Notes: a model not told the origin generated them from the letters alone. A stretch of DNA of 64,000 nucleotides from Candidatus Omnitrophota bacterium (GCA_030649895.1 JAUSEX010000031.1:2620-66619), one strand, 5' to 3'. Numbered from the stretch's first letter, positions 18,959 through 29,414 are shown. Translations and numbers: made by a program.

Positions 18959-19571
18959 TTTCTGGAGAGCACGTGGAGCAGAAAAAGCTGTGTCATGGTC
19001 TAAAAAGCGCATAACAGGCATAGTTTCTCGCTATCTGAGGCCTGGTATGGATATATTGGACGCAGGGTGCGGCGCAGGATTTTTCTCCTCTTATTTTATA
19101 TCCCGCGACTGCAATGTCCATTCCCTGGACTATTCTGAGAAGGCTCTTAGTATTGCGAAGAACGCCACTGATAATAAATCCAGGATGTATATAAACGCTG
19201 ATATTCTTAAAACTGGCGCATTGGCAATGCTTGATATAAAATTTGATATAATATTTACTGATGGGCTGCTGGAGCATTATTCAATAGAAAATCAGGATGC
19301 GATTATACGCAATATGAAAAGCGTAAAAAAAGAGCAGGGCTATATTATAGATTTTGCGCCGAACAGGATTTCTCTTTGGAATATTATAAGGCCTTTTGTA
19401 ATGAATATAGAAGAGAGGCCTTTTACGATGAGCGAGTTTGTAAGCTTACATAAGAGGAATGGTTTGAGCGTTGTTGCTTCAGGAGGCATAAATGTGTTGC
19501 CGCTCAGGATTTCGCCGGAAAGATTGTTAGGCAGTTATTTTGGAATGCTATTTTATTGCATAGCGGCGTAA
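18921..19571 (+). CDS. Class I SAM-dependent methyltransferase
   Basis: ILDAGCGAG, DYSEKAL, GLLEHY; start uncertain. Confidence 0.85.
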   Translation: MGLSSSGFSAWDDFWRARGAEKAVSWSKKRITGIVSRYLRPGMDILDAGCGAGFFSSYFISRDCNVHSLDYSEKALSIAKNATDNKSRMYINADILKTGALAMLDIKFDIIFTDGLLEHYSIENQDAIIRNMKSVKKEQGYIIDFAPNRISLWNIIRPFVMNIEERPFTMSEFVSLHKRNGLSVVASGGINVLPLRISPERLLGSYFGMLFYCIAA

Positions 19572-19782
19572 TATTAATTTTTCTTCGGATCCGGCAGGCT
19601 GTTTGGCACTGAAAAGTTTCGTCGTCCACTACAGTTTACAGTTCGCAAATTTGGAGGAATTCCCTTGCCAAATACATGAACAATAAGTATGTGGAAAAGC
19701 AGACTCAGTCAGTTTCGCCATTTGCTCGTTGTAATCCCTTGCGGACTTTTGCCGAAACTTTTTTTGATGTGCCTCAGGCCCC

Positions 19783-19852
19783 AGCCCGAAGACAGGGCGA
19801 GCGGCCCTTCGACAGACTCAAGGTTTTTAGTCCCGAGTGAAGCCGAGAGGGC
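19783..19852. repeat. REP-like palindromic element (CTTCG...CTCA / CGAG...GAGAGGG type)
   Basis: GCCCTTCGACAGACTCAAGG...CCCGAGTGAAGCCGAGAGGGC resembles elements at 32412 and 34461. Confidence 0.5.
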
Positions 19853-19903
19853 ATTTTTTCGTAGGCTTGTTAGGCTAAGAATAAACTAGATAGTTAAAAT
19901 TAT

Positions 19904-21337
19904 ATGAAAATATTGTTTCTTAATCCATCTTATGGGAAAGGATTTTGTAAGACTGCACGCTGGTTTGCGAAGTCCAGGGCAAGGGAGCAACGGCACCCTG
20001 ATTATATCTGCGTAGCTATAGCTGTGCTTGAGGAAGGCGGTCATACATGTAAGTTTATAGATGGAGCAGCCAGGGATATGTCTTTTAAGGAAACAAGGCA
20101 AATATTTAAGGATTTTAAACCCGATATGGCTGTTATAAATGCGACAACGCCTTCTATAGATTCTGATTTAAGTTATGCAAAGATGTGCAAGGAAGAGGGT
20201 GATAATAAGGTTATTACTGTTATGATAGGCGCGCATGTCAGCGCTGAACCGGAAGGTACCTTAAAAAAAGGTAACGGATTTTTGGATATAGTTGCAAGAA
20301 GAGAGTATGACTGGACATTGAAAGATATTGCGGGTGGCAATGAGTTTTCAAGCGTTCAGGGAATATCTTATTGCAGGGAAGGCAATATAACCCATAATCC
20401 CGAGAGGCATTTTATCCGGGATCTTAATGAGTTGCCTTTTCCTGCATGGCGACATATAAATCCGCGCGATTACTATAGCCCTGCAAAAAGAAATCCGTTT
20501 CTTACCGTGATTACAGGGAGAGGATGCGAGGGCAGGTGCGTATTTTGCCTGTTTCCGCAGGTAATGTATGGCAGGCAATATAGGCACAGGAGCGCCGAGA
20601 GCGTCCTAGACGAGATAGAATATGACATAAGGTTTTTCCCTTCTTTGAAAGAAATAATGTTTGAGGATGACACCTTTACTTTTAGTAAATACAACAGCAG
20701 GCTGGAAAGTATATGCAAAGGTATTATAGATAGAGGTATAAAAATTTCATGGTGCTGCAACGCAAGGCCCGAGATACAGGATATTTTGCTTTTGAGACTC
20801 ATGAAAAAAGCAGGCTGCAGGATGATGTGCGTTGGTTTTGAATCAGGAGACGATGCCATATTAAAGAATCTGAAAAAAGATATTACTGCTGATAGAATGA
20901 GAAATTTTGCCGATCTCTCCAGAAACGCAGGCATTTCTGTGCACGGGTGTTTTGTTATAGGCGCTCCAGGCGAAACGCCTGATTCAGTTAATAGGACTAT
21001 AAAATTTGCCGCTAAGCTTCCTATAGATACGGTTCAATTCAGCGGATTGTGCGCTTATCCGGGAACAGAGTTTTATAATTGGTGCAAGGAGAACAGTTAT
21101 ATTGTTGCTAGAGACTGGAAAGAATGGGTGGATGAGAAGAAAGAGCAGAGGGCGATAATAGATTACCCGGCTCTTTCTTGTAGCGCTATGAATAAAGCCG
21201 TAGACAGGGCGCTTTACAATTTCTATCTTAGGCCTGGCTACATATTCTCGCAGATAATACATCCAAAGTCATTCCGCGACATCAAGGCCAGATTAAAAGG
21301 GCTTTCGAACTTTGCCGCTTACCGCTTAAGGAATTGA
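19904..21337 (+). CDS. B12-binding-domain radical SAM protein (HpnJ-like)
   Basis: MKILFLNP, LPFPAW, GRGCEGRCVFC, FEDDTF, GFESG, GAPGET, YPGTEFY. Confidence 0.88.
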   Translation: MKILFLNPSYGKGFCKTARWFAKSRAREQRHPDYICVAIAVLEEGGHTCKFIDGAARDMSFKETRQIFKDFKPDMAVINATTPSIDSDLSYAKMCKEEGDNKVITVMIGAHVSAEPEGTLKKGNGFLDIVARREYDWTLKDIAGGNEFSSVQGISYCREGNITHNPERHFIRDLNELPFPAWRHINPRDYYSPAKRNPFLTVITGRGCEGRCVFCLFPQVMYGRQYRHRSAESVLDEIEYDIRFFPSLKEIMFEDDTFTFSKYNSRLESICKGIIDRGIKISWCCNARPEIQDILLLRLMKKAGCRMMCVGFESGDDAILKNLKKDITADRMRNFADLSRNAGISVHGCFVIGAPGETPDSVNRTIKFAAKLPIDTVQFSGLCAYPGTEFYNWCKENSYIVARDWKEWVDEKKEQRAIIDYPALSCSAMNKAVDRALYNFYLRPGYIFSQIIHPKSFRDIKARLKGLSNFAAYRLRN

Positions 21338-21339
21338 AA

Positions 21340-21565
21340 ATGAATAGTAAAAGCAGATTTTTTATTATTTTTAATATGGATGTGTTTTCTTTTCAGATTT
21401 ATTTACCTGGCGCGTTTTGTGCCTGGATTTAATGGTAATGAGGCGCTTTATGATATAAAAACTTATATCATAAAGCATGAGTCGTTTATATTGATGGGGT
21501 TTAATATACACAGGGCCTTTGATAGGCTATACGAGAACTTTGTTCTATTAGCTTATGGGTGTTAA
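21340..21565 (+). pseudogene. Frameshifted, truncated remnant of an ArnT/GT39-like gene
   Basis: ATG 21340 directly after upstream stop, shift in T-rich run, then FRFIYLARFVPGFNGNEALY resembling LRF..L...PG...DEA GT39 N-termini. Confidence 0.5.
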
Positions 21566-21663
21566 TATTTTTTTCATTAAGATTTCCAAGAATAAAGAGA
21601 ATACGAGTTTAAATAATTAGCATGTATTTTTGCTTATAAAACAGGCTGATCGGCAGATAAAAT

Positions 21664-22866
21664 ATGAGACTTGATATTATGAGGAAGATAGATTTTTGGG
21701 TAGGCACGCCGCTATGTTTTATTCTTTCTTTATTTAAGCGTAGAGGGGCGAGGTCCGCAAGGTTTAATAAAATATTATTCATAGAGTTGTCGGAGATGGG
21801 AAGCGCCATATTAGCGTACTCCGCCATCAAAAGAATAAAAGAAACTTTGCCTTGCGCCGAGTTATATTTCTGGGTGTTTGAAAGGAATAAAGAAAGCGTG
21901 CAGGTATGTGGCATAATACCAGAAAAGAATATTATTACGATGAATGATAAGACATTTTATTCCATTGTAAGAGATTCTGTCAGGAATATCTGTAGGATAC
22001 GGTCCGAAAAAATAGATGTAGTAATTGATATGGAGCTTTTTTCTAGGTTTACCGCAATATTAAGTTGTCTTAGCGGCGCAAAAACAAGAGCGGGTTTTTA
22101 TAGATTTTTTCAAGAAGGGCTTTTCAGGGGCTCCCTTTCTAATATAAGAGTGCAGTATAATCCCCATCTTCATATAAGTTCGAATTTTATGGCGCTTAGC
22201 GAATCTTTGTTGACAATGGAGCCGCATATGCCTTTTTATAAAGGAAGAATAGAAAGCGCGAAGATAAGATTGCCGGTATTTGAGCCGGATAAGGCGTCTA
22301 TGGGTAAAATAAGAGCCTTGCTTGATAGTAATTCTGGGATGCGCTTAACAGAGAATAGTAAAATAGTAGTTATCAATCCTTTTGGAGGAAACTTGCTGCC
22401 TATAAGGAGCTGGCCATTGGAAAATTATATGTTTCTGGCAGAAAGGCTTCTTATTCATGAAGATACTTTTGTAGTCATTATAGGCATTGAATCAGACAGT
22501 AAAGAAAAGAGTCGAATGCGCAGGATAGCAGGCCATGGAAGAGTTGCTGATATCACAGGCAAATTGTCTCTTGCGGATTTGTTAGCCCTTTTTTCCATGT
22601 CAGATATTTTTATAACCCATGACAGCGGGCCTGTCCATTTCGCAAGCCTTACAAAGGTTAATATGATAGTTTTGTTCGGGCCTGAAACTCCGATTTGTTA
22701 CGGCCCGCTAAAAAAAGACGTTGTTATGTTTTATTCCGGTTTTGCATGCAGCCCATGCCTGTCAGCTTATAATCACAGAAAGTCGCCCTGTAAGGACAAT
22801 AAATGTCTTAAGGCGATAAGCGTGGAAGATGTTTATAAAACCGCAGTAAGATTGATAGAAAAATAG
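21664..22866 (+). CDS. Glycosyltransferase family 9 (heptosyltransferase-like)
   Basis: LSEMGSAIL, RSWP, FITHDSGPVHFA, LFGP, CSPC...C...CL. Confidence 0.92.
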   Translation: MRLDIMRKIDFWVGTPLCFILSLFKRRGARSARFNKILFIELSEMGSAILAYSAIKRIKETLPCAELYFWVFERNKESVQVCGIIPEKNIITMNDKTFYSIVRDSVRNICRIRSEKIDVVIDMELFSRFTAILSCLSGAKTRAGFYRFFQEGLFRGSLSNIRVQYNPHLHISSNFMALSESLLTMEPHMPFYKGRIESAKIRLPVFEPDKASMGKIRALLDSNSGMRLTENSKIVVINPFGGNLLPIRSWPLENYMFLAERLLIHEDTFVVIIGIESDSKEKSRMRRIAGHGRVADITGKLSLADLLALFSMSDIFITHDSGPVHFASLTKVNMIVLFGPETPICYGPLKKDVVMFYSGFACSPCLSAYNHRKSPCKDNKCLKAISVEDVYKTAVRLIEK

Positions 22867-22889
22867 CGCTAAGAGGATAATCGGTAGTA

Positions 22890-24857
22890 ATGAAAAAAAT
22901 ACTTATTTTCTTTACATTCGCGGTTTTGGCATTGTTTTTAGTGCATCCTGTGCAGAATGGAGATACATGGATGCACCTTAAATCCGGCCAATTAATGATA
23001 GAAAGAATGCAAGTGCTTAGCATAGATGACTATTCATACACTATAGCCGGCAAGGAATGGCTAAATCACCAGTGGTTATCGCAGGTTATTTTCTATTTTG
23101 TGTATAAACTTTTTGGCGTCAATGGGCTTATATTCTTCTTAGCTATTGTAATATTTTTCGCGTTTATCTTATTATTTATAAATACATACAGAAGGAATAG
23201 TTGGTTATTGTCTGTTTTTCTAGTATTGTTAGTCATGTTATTTTCGCTAGAGCAATTTTTGATCCGGCCGCTCATATTTTCTTTATTTTTATTTTCACTT
23301 TTCATATTTATTTTACATAGATATAAGTACGTATGGCCTCCGGAAAAAGAGAAATATCTGTATGCGTTAATCCCGCTTCAGATTTTTTGGGTAAATTTAC
23401 ATGGCGCGGCTATAATGGGTATTTTTCTTGTATGGGCTTATATAGCCGGCGAATTTATAGATAACAATATAAGGCGCAATTTCAAAAACTATTTTTACAT
23501 AAGAAAGAGTAAATATAAAAAACTGCTATATGTTGGAATACTAGTGGTTGTTTCAGCCGGTCTTACCCCATACGGATATAGGGCAATTTTATTTCCTATA
23601 AATGAGTTAAAAGAAATGTATTTTTTAACTGAATGGGCACCTGCTTTACATAAGGATATTTTTCTTAATTTTGGCGCAATGCCATATTACCGGTTATTTC
23701 TTCTGATCAGTATATGTGTATTTATTTTTAGAATTAATCTTATTTCTTCAGCTAATATTATTATCTTCGGATCTCTTTTGTACCTTTCTTTAAGCGGGAA
23801 AAGGCATTTGCCATTATATGGCTTTGCAATAGCCCCGTGTATCAGCGAATATTTAAGAGGGATAGAGCTTAGAAAAGTGCCGTTATATATAAAAAAGTTT
23901 TTTATCGGTGCGTTATCCATAGCATTGGCTTTGTATTTGGTATTATTGGTTAAAGATATCATTACCGGAAGGTATTATGTGAGAAAAAAGATAGAATCGT
24001 GGGTTGGTTTAGGTAAGGTAGGGTATCCAGAGAAAGCGGTAGATTTTTTGTTGAAATCTGGATTAAAAGGAAATATGTTTAATGATTTTAGCAGTGGTTG
24101 CGACCTTATATGGGGATTGTATCCTGAAAAGAAGGTTTTTATAGACGGCAGAAATACTATTTATGGCAGTAAGTTTATAGAAGATAATTATGTAGGGCCT
24201 TTAATAGACACTTTTCTTTTCGAAAGAGTAGTCGATAAGTATAATATAACTTATGTTTTTTTGAACGACTATGTTTCTAATAATATAGAAAAAATTGTAC
24301 CTTATTTATATCATAGCGAGAATTGGAAATTGATTTTTTTTGATGACATGGCGTGCATATTTGTAAAAAATACAGAATCCAATTTTGAAATAATAAATAA
24401 ATACCATGTAGATCTGCGAGAGAAAAAAGAAGTTATCAAATTAAATAAATTCAAGTGGCAAATATTTTATCCTAAAGGTTATATAAATAGAGCTGCTTTC
24501 TATGAGAAAGCCGGCTTGCTAGATATGGCAATAGATACTCTCAGGGATACCCTTTTAATTGCGCCAGAAGCGGAAGACGGTTATTGTAATTTGGGCATTT
24601 TATATTTAAAAAAAGAAATGTGGCTAGATGCTGTTGAAGAATTCAAAAAGGCAATAAAGCTTAATAAAAAGAGTCTTACGGCGCATAATAATCTTGGGGC
24701 TGTATATATAAAATTAGGCAGATATAAAGATGCGATAGATCAATTCAAAAAGGTTTTATGGCTGAATCCATTATACGTAGAAGCTATATATAATATTAGA
24801 ATAGCTACGAGAGGTTATAAAAATCAAAAGCTTTTATATAAAAACACTGGGATGTAA
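22890..24857 (+). CDS. Polytopic membrane protein (GT-C-like) with C-terminal TPRs
   Basis: DTWMHLKSG, W.NHQWL, RP, WVNLHG, VFIDGR motifs; TPRs. Confidence 0.8.
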   Translation: MKKILIFFTFAVLALFLVHPVQNGDTWMHLKSGQLMIERMQVLSIDDYSYTIAGKEWLNHQWLSQVIFYFVYKLFGVNGLIFFLAIVIFFAFILLFINTYRRNSWLLSVFLVLLVMLFSLEQFLIRPLIFSLFLFSLFIFILHRYKYVWPPEKEKYLYALIPLQIFWVNLHGAAIMGIFLVWAYIAGEFIDNNIRRNFKNYFYIRKSKYKKLLYVGILVVVSAGLTPYGYRAILFPINELKEMYFLTEWAPALHKDIFLNFGAMPYYRLFLLISICVFIFRINLISSANIIIFGSLLYLSLSGKRHLPLYGFAIAPCISEYLRGIELRKVPLYIKKFFIGALSIALALYLVLLVKDIITGRYYVRKKIESWVGLGKVGYPEKAVDFLLKSGLKGNMFNDFSSGCDLIWGLYPEKKVFIDGRNTIYGSKFIEDNYVGPLIDTFLFERVVDKYNITYVFLNDYVSNNIEKIVPYLYHSENWKLIFFDDMACIFVKNTESNFEIINKYHVDLREKKEVIKLNKFKWQIFYPKGYINRAAFYEKAGLLDMAIDTLRDTLLIAPEAEDGYCNLGILYLKKEMWLDAVEEFKKAIKLNKKSLTAHNNLGAVYIKLGRYKDAIDQFKKVLWLNPLYVEAIYNIRIATRGYKNQKLLYKNTGM

Positions 24858-26100
24858 GGTTAACCAGTATGAGTCGCAGATGATCCGCGAGAATTTTCTG
24901 AAGGAGGGATATACTGAAGCCGGAAATAGCGACGAAGCTGACGTGTGCGTGGTCAACACCTGCACCGTTACCTCGACAAGTGATTCCAAGTCTTTAAAAT
25001 CAATCCGTTCCGGCTTAAGAAAAAAGGATAAATGCGTAGTCGCCACAGGGTGCATGATAAATGATAGAGACCTGGATTTAGCCAAACTTAAAGGGGTAGA
25101 TTTTATTATAAAGAACAAAGATAAATATAAAATCCCGAAAATTATTCAACAATCCCTTGAGCCTTCAGCCTTGAGCCCTCAGCCAAGCGGGTCTATCACG
25201 TGGTTCGAAGGCCATTCCAGGGCGTTCGTGAAGGTTCAGGACGGCTGCAACAATAGATGTTCTTATTGCAAGGTTAGTATTGTAAGAGGCAGGTCCAGGA
25301 GCAGGGCTTCCGAAGAAGTGTTTCGCGAATGCGAAACTTTAATAAAAAACGGCTATAAGGAAATAGTGCTTACGGGGATATGTCTCGGCGCTTATGGCAG
25401 GGATATTTCAAATAGCGTAGATCTTTCGAGATTAATAAAAGAACTATGCAGGATAAAAGGGGATTGGCGCATAAGACTTAGCTCCATAGAGCCCAAAGAC
25501 GTGGTAGACGGCCTTATCTCGCAGATGAGATCGGAAGATAAACTCTGTAAACATTTACATATCCCATTTCAGAGCGGGGATGATGATATATTAAAAAGAA
25601 TGAACAGGCCATATGCCGCAGGCGATTATATAGGCATTGTTAATAAATTGAGAAAAGCTATTCCTGATATCGCTATCTCTACGGATATAATGGTAGGGTT
25701 CCCGGGAGAAGAAGAAGCTAATTTTCAGAATACAATGACTTTTATTAAAGAGATAAGGCCTATGCGCTTGCATACTTTCGGATTTTCGAAAAGGATAGGC
25801 ACGCCTGCGCATAGCTACAAAGATAATGTGGCTAGCGCCATAAAAAAAAAGAGAGAGCACGCTCTTATGGATGCAGTTAAGGGTTTTACCAAAGAGTTTG
25901 AGGGGATGTTTATAGGTAAAATTGCAAGGGTTCTCGTTGAAGATAAAAGGGATAAAGATGATTTTCTACAAGGATATACAGACAGATATATAAAGGTACT
26001 CATAGATGGGCCAGATAGCGCGAAATCCTGCCTTTTAACTTGTCAGCTGACCTTGACAAATCAGAAAGCGTATGGTATACTTCTTTCATATTCGGATTAA
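24817..26100 (+). CDS. mtaB: tRNA t6A37 methylthiotransferase MtaB
   Basis: TLGCKVNQYES (upstream of the ORF-track ATG), VNTCTVT, RAFVKVQDGCNNRCSYC, RIRLSSIEP; start codon uncertain and non-canonical. Confidence 0.92.
   Translation: MKIKSFYIKTLGCKVNQYESQMIRENFLKEGYTEAGNSDEADVCVVNTCTVTSTSDSKSLKSIRSGLRKKDKCVVATGCMINDRDLDLAKLKGVDFIIKNKDKYKIPKIIQQSLEPSALSPQPSGSITWFEGHSRAFVKVQDGCNNRCSYCKVSIVRGRSRSRASEEVFRECETLIKNGYKEIVLTGICLGAYGRDISNSVDLSRLIKELCRIKGDWRIRLSSIEPKDVVDGLISQMRSEDKLCKHLHIPFQSGDDDILKRMNRPYAAGDYIGIVNKLRKAIPDIAISTDIMVGFPGEEEANFQNTMTFIKEIRPMRLHTFGFSKRIGTPAHSYKDNVASAIKKKREHALMDAVKGFTKEFEGMFIGKIARVLVEDKRDKDDFLQGYTDRYIKVLIDGPDSAKSCLLTCQLTLTNQKAYGILLSYSD
26053..26081 (+). promoter_or_regulatory. 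Sigma70 promoter inside mtaB 3' end for cvpA-nif3-dnaG-rpoD
   Basis: TTGACA-17 bp-TATACT with extended TG. Confidence 0.65.
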
Positions 26101-26116
26101 TTCCTCAAACTAATTT

Positions 26117-26659
26117 ATGCCTCAAATAAAATTTAACTGGGTTGATATATTTTTCATAATTGTTTTATTTAGAACATGTTACATAAGTTTCAAAAATGGA
26201 CTTTTACCGGAATTTTTCAGGATTTCAGGTCTTTTTCTAGCGTTTGTTCTTTCGTTTAATAATTATATTCTGGCTAGCGATTTTCTTGCCAAGCACGCCA
26301 GATTGACAGGTCTAAAAGCAGAGGCAACAGGCTTCGTATTCATATTTTTAACAGTTCTACTGGTCTTTAAACTGCTGACTGTATTGGCAGTTAAACTTTT
26401 GGGCAATTCTGAAAACGTTTCCTTGGCCAACAAGATGGTAGGCCTGATGTTTGGATTAGCAAGAGGAATTCTTTTAACAGGGCTTTTTTACTTTTTGTAT
26501 ACCCACAGCCCTGTTGATTATTTTTATAAAAGCGCGAAAGAAAAATCTTTTTCAGCTCCGTACGCCTCGCTCGTGGCGCCTTTTGCGTATAAGACAGGGA
26601 TGAGTTTTTATCCCCTCGAGAAACACGAGACACCGCTCGTTAAACTATTAGGAAAATAA
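26117..26659 (+). CDS. cvpA: CvpA family protein
   Basis: NWVDI..., KNGLLPE, NKMVGLMFGLARG. Confidence 0.85.
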   Translation: MPQIKFNWVDIFFIIVLFRTCYISFKNGLLPEFFRISGLFLAFVLSFNNYILASDFLAKHARLTGLKAEATGFVFIFLTVLLVFKLLTVLAVKLLGNSENVSLANKMVGLMFGLARGILLTGLFYFLYTHSPVDYFYKSAKEKSFSAPYASLVAPFAYKTGMSFYPLEKHETPLVKLLGK

Positions 26660-26693
26660 AATTGGCGCGTGACGCCAATCACAGGAGGATGAA

Positions 26694-27653
26694 GTGAAAC
26701 TTATAGACATCTATAGGAGTGTAGTGTTTTTTGGAATGGAACAGGATCCCAGAGGCAAGGATAAAGTTAAGAAGGAGCTTTTAGGGGCAAAGAATGAATA
26801 CGAAAAATTGAGCGCCAAGGATAAAGAGTTTTATGATAAGGAAAGACTTGAGAACCCTTACAGCGACACAAGGATCCTTTTCGGTAAACATGACAGTGAA
26901 ATAAAAACGATCCTGGTAGGCGTGGATATGGAGGTAGGGGAGATAGTCCTTGCTGAAAGGCTAAAAGAAAAAGGCGAGAAAATAGATTTGGTAATGACTC
27001 ATCATCCCGAAGGCCTTGCCTTGGCGGGATTTTTTAATGTGATGTATATGCAAGCGGATATATTGAGCAAGATAGGCGTTCCTATAAATGTCGCAGAGTC
27101 TCTTATGTGCGACAGGATCAGGGAGGTTGAAAGAAGGGTCATGCCTGTGAATCACACCCGTGCCGTTGACGCGGCAAGGCTTTTGGATATTAATTTTATG
27201 AGCTGCCATACGCCGGCCGATAACCACGTCGCTACTTATCTGCAGGATTTGATGGATAAGAAAAAACCGGGCACGCTTGGCGATATTATTGATATATTAA
27301 GGGAGATACCTGAATATAATGCAGCAGCCAAAGAGAATGCCGGCCCCAAGATAACAAGAGGCGATAATTCGCGCAAGGCGGGCAAGATCTTTGTAGACAT
27401 GACGGGCGGCACGGAAGGCTCCAAGGATATATTCAAAAAGCTTTCAGAGGCGGGTATCTCCACTATTGTATGTATGCATCTTAGTGAAGAGCATTTTAAA
27501 AAAGCGCAGGAAGAGCATATGAATGTTGTAGTCGCAGGCCATATAGCGAGCGACAATGTAGGACTCAATATGATACTTGATGAGCTTGAGAAAAAGTCCA
27601 AGCTTAAGATATTGGCGTGTTCCGGGTTCAGGAGATTTACAAGGAAAAAATAA
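26694..27653 (+). CDS. NIF3/DUF34-like dinuclear metal centre protein
   Basis: THHPEG, HTPADN, AGHIASD motifs. Confidence 0.85.
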   Translation: MKLIDIYRSVVFFGMEQDPRGKDKVKKELLGAKNEYEKLSAKDKEFYDKERLENPYSDTRILFGKHDSEIKTILVGVDMEVGEIVLAERLKEKGEKIDLVMTHHPEGLALAGFFNVMYMQADILSKIGVPINVAESLMCDRIREVERRVMPVNHTRAVDAARLLDINFMSCHTPADNHVATYLQDLMDKKKPGTLGDIIDILREIPEYNAAAKENAGPKITRGDNSRKAGKIFVDMTGGTEGSKDIFKKLSEAGISTIVCMHLSEEHFKKAQEEHMNVVVAGHIASDNVGLNMILDELEKKSKLKILACSGFRRFTRKK

Positions 27654-29414
27654 ATGGGCAAGATACCGGAAAACATATTGAACGAGATACAGGATAGATG
27701 CGATATAGTAGAGGTGATTTCAAACTATATTTCGCTTAAGCCATCAGGTAGAAATTTTAAGGCGTGCTGCCCCTTTCATCATGAGAAAACGCCTTCTTTT
27801 GTCGTGAGCCCCGATAAGCAGATATATCATTGTTTTGGATGTAACTCAGGCGGAAACGTGTTTAATTTTATAAAAGAATATGAAAAAATGGATTTTATAG
27901 ACGCTGTAAAAATGCTGGCCGAAAAAACAGGCGTAAAGCTGCCTGAGTATAAAAGCCATGATGACCAGGACAGTTCTGTCGTAAGCACGCTGTATTCAAT
28001 CAACGACATTGCGGTGAATTATTACTCTAATTTTTTAGAGAAGGCCGGGTCATCTTCGGATGTGAAGCGGTATATAGTAAAAAGAGGCCTTGACGCAGTC
28101 GTGTTAAAAAAATTCAGGGTTGGTTATGCTGACTCTTCATGGAAAGCCCTTATAGATTATTTGTCCGGAAGGGGCGTTAAACAGGATATGATTCTCAAGG
28201 CGGGGTTGGTTACTAAAGGCAAAGACGGCGCTTATTATGATCTTTTCAGGAACAGGATTATTTTTCCGATATTTGACGCGAGGGACAAGGTTGTAGGTTT
28301 CGGCGCCAGGGTTATGGATGAAGCTATGCCAAAGTATATAAACTCTCCTGAAACAGCTATTTATAAAAAGGGTCTGCATTTGTATGGCCTTAATTTTGCA
28401 AAGGCTAATATAAAGGAAAAAAATTTTGCGATAATCACGGAAGGGTACCTGGACGTGATGACGTGCCATCAATATGGCGTTGCCAATTCAATAGCGTCTC
28501 TGGGAACCGCCCTTACGACAGAGCAGATAAGGCTTTTGAAGAGATACACCCACAATGTGGTTATGCTTTACGACGCTGATCAGGCAGGAGAAATGGCGTC
28601 ATTGAGAGGTTTGGATTTATTTTTAGAAGAAGGCATGAATGTAAAAATAGCTACTCTGGAAAAAGGCCATGACCCGGATAGTTTTTTAAGGAAGTTTGGC
28701 AGGGAAAAATTTGACACGGCGATAAATAAATCAAAGAGCCTTTTTACGTATAAGTTAGATATATTGAAAAATAAATTTGATAAGAGAGACCCCGAGTCAA
28801 AGGCGGAGATTATAAAAGAGATGCTTTCCACTATTTACAAGGTGAAGAATGCGATAGTAAAGGCGGAATATATAAGGCTTCTTTCTTACGAACTTTCAGT
28901 CAAAGAAGATGCTGTATGGGAAGAGCTAAAGAAGATAAAAGACAAAAGGCCGTCTGATTTTAATCGTTCCAAGCAGGACGTTAAGAGGCCTATCGAGATA
29001 TCCCCCGCTGAAAAGATATTGACGAGGCTGATGTTAGAAGATATTAATGTGGTTAAAATAGTAAAGGACGAACTTAAGCCGTCTGATTTCAGGAACCATG
29101 ATATTCGAAATATAGCTGAAGCGCTTTTTTTAATTGACACAGATGGCGGATTAATAGATGTAGGCAGGTTAATAAATTCAATGGAGAACAAAGTGCCTCA
29201 GAATGTCGTATCTTTTATAGTGAACGAGGAAGTGGATATAAAGGATAAAGAGAAAAACGTGTGTGACTGTATAATGTCCATAAAAAAGGAAAACAGGTCC
29301 AGGCTGTTAAAGGATATACAAAGCAGGCTGGATATAGCGCAGAAGAGCGGTTACGAGGAAGAAGAAAAGAGGCTTTTAGAGGAGTTTAATCAGATTATAA
29401 AGAAGGGGGTTTAG
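27654..29414 (+). CDS. dnaG: DNA primase
   Basis: [45 protein letters not shown]. Confidence 0.98.
   Translation: MGKIPENILNEIQDRCDIVEVISNYISLKPSGRNFKACCPFHHEKTPSFVVSPDKQIYHCFGCNSGGNVFNFIKEYEKMDFIDAVKMLAEKTGVKLPEYKSHDDQDSSVVSTLYSINDIAVNYYSNFLEKAGSSSDVKRYIVKRGLDAVVLKKFRVGYADSSWKALIDYLSGRGVKQDMILKAGLVTKGKDGAYYDLFRNRIIFPIFDARDKVVGFGARVMDEAMPKYINSPETAIYKKGLHLYGLNFAKANIKEKNFAIITEGYLDVMTCHQYGVANSIASLGTALTTEQIRLLKRYTHNVVMLYDADQAGEMASLRGLDLFLEEGMNVKIATLEKGHDPDSFLRKFGREKFDTAINKSKSLFTYKLDILKNKFDKRDPESKAEIIKEMLSTIYKVKNAIVKAEYIRLLSYELSVKEDAVWEELKKIKDKRPSDFNRSKQDVKRPIEISPAEKILTRLMLEDINVVKIVKDELKPSDFRNHDIRNIAEALFLIDTDGGLIDVGRLINSMENKVPQNVVSFIVNEEVDIKDKEKNVCDCIMSIKKENRSRLLKDIQSRLDIAQKSGYEEEEKRLLEEFNQIIKKGV

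Noticed and set aside
19689-19889. 66-aa ORF or c-di-GMP riboswitch in the gap
   Set aside because: The ORF is made of palindromic repeat sequence; the partial GGCAAA..GCAA match on the minus strand lacks the rest of the GEMM consensus.
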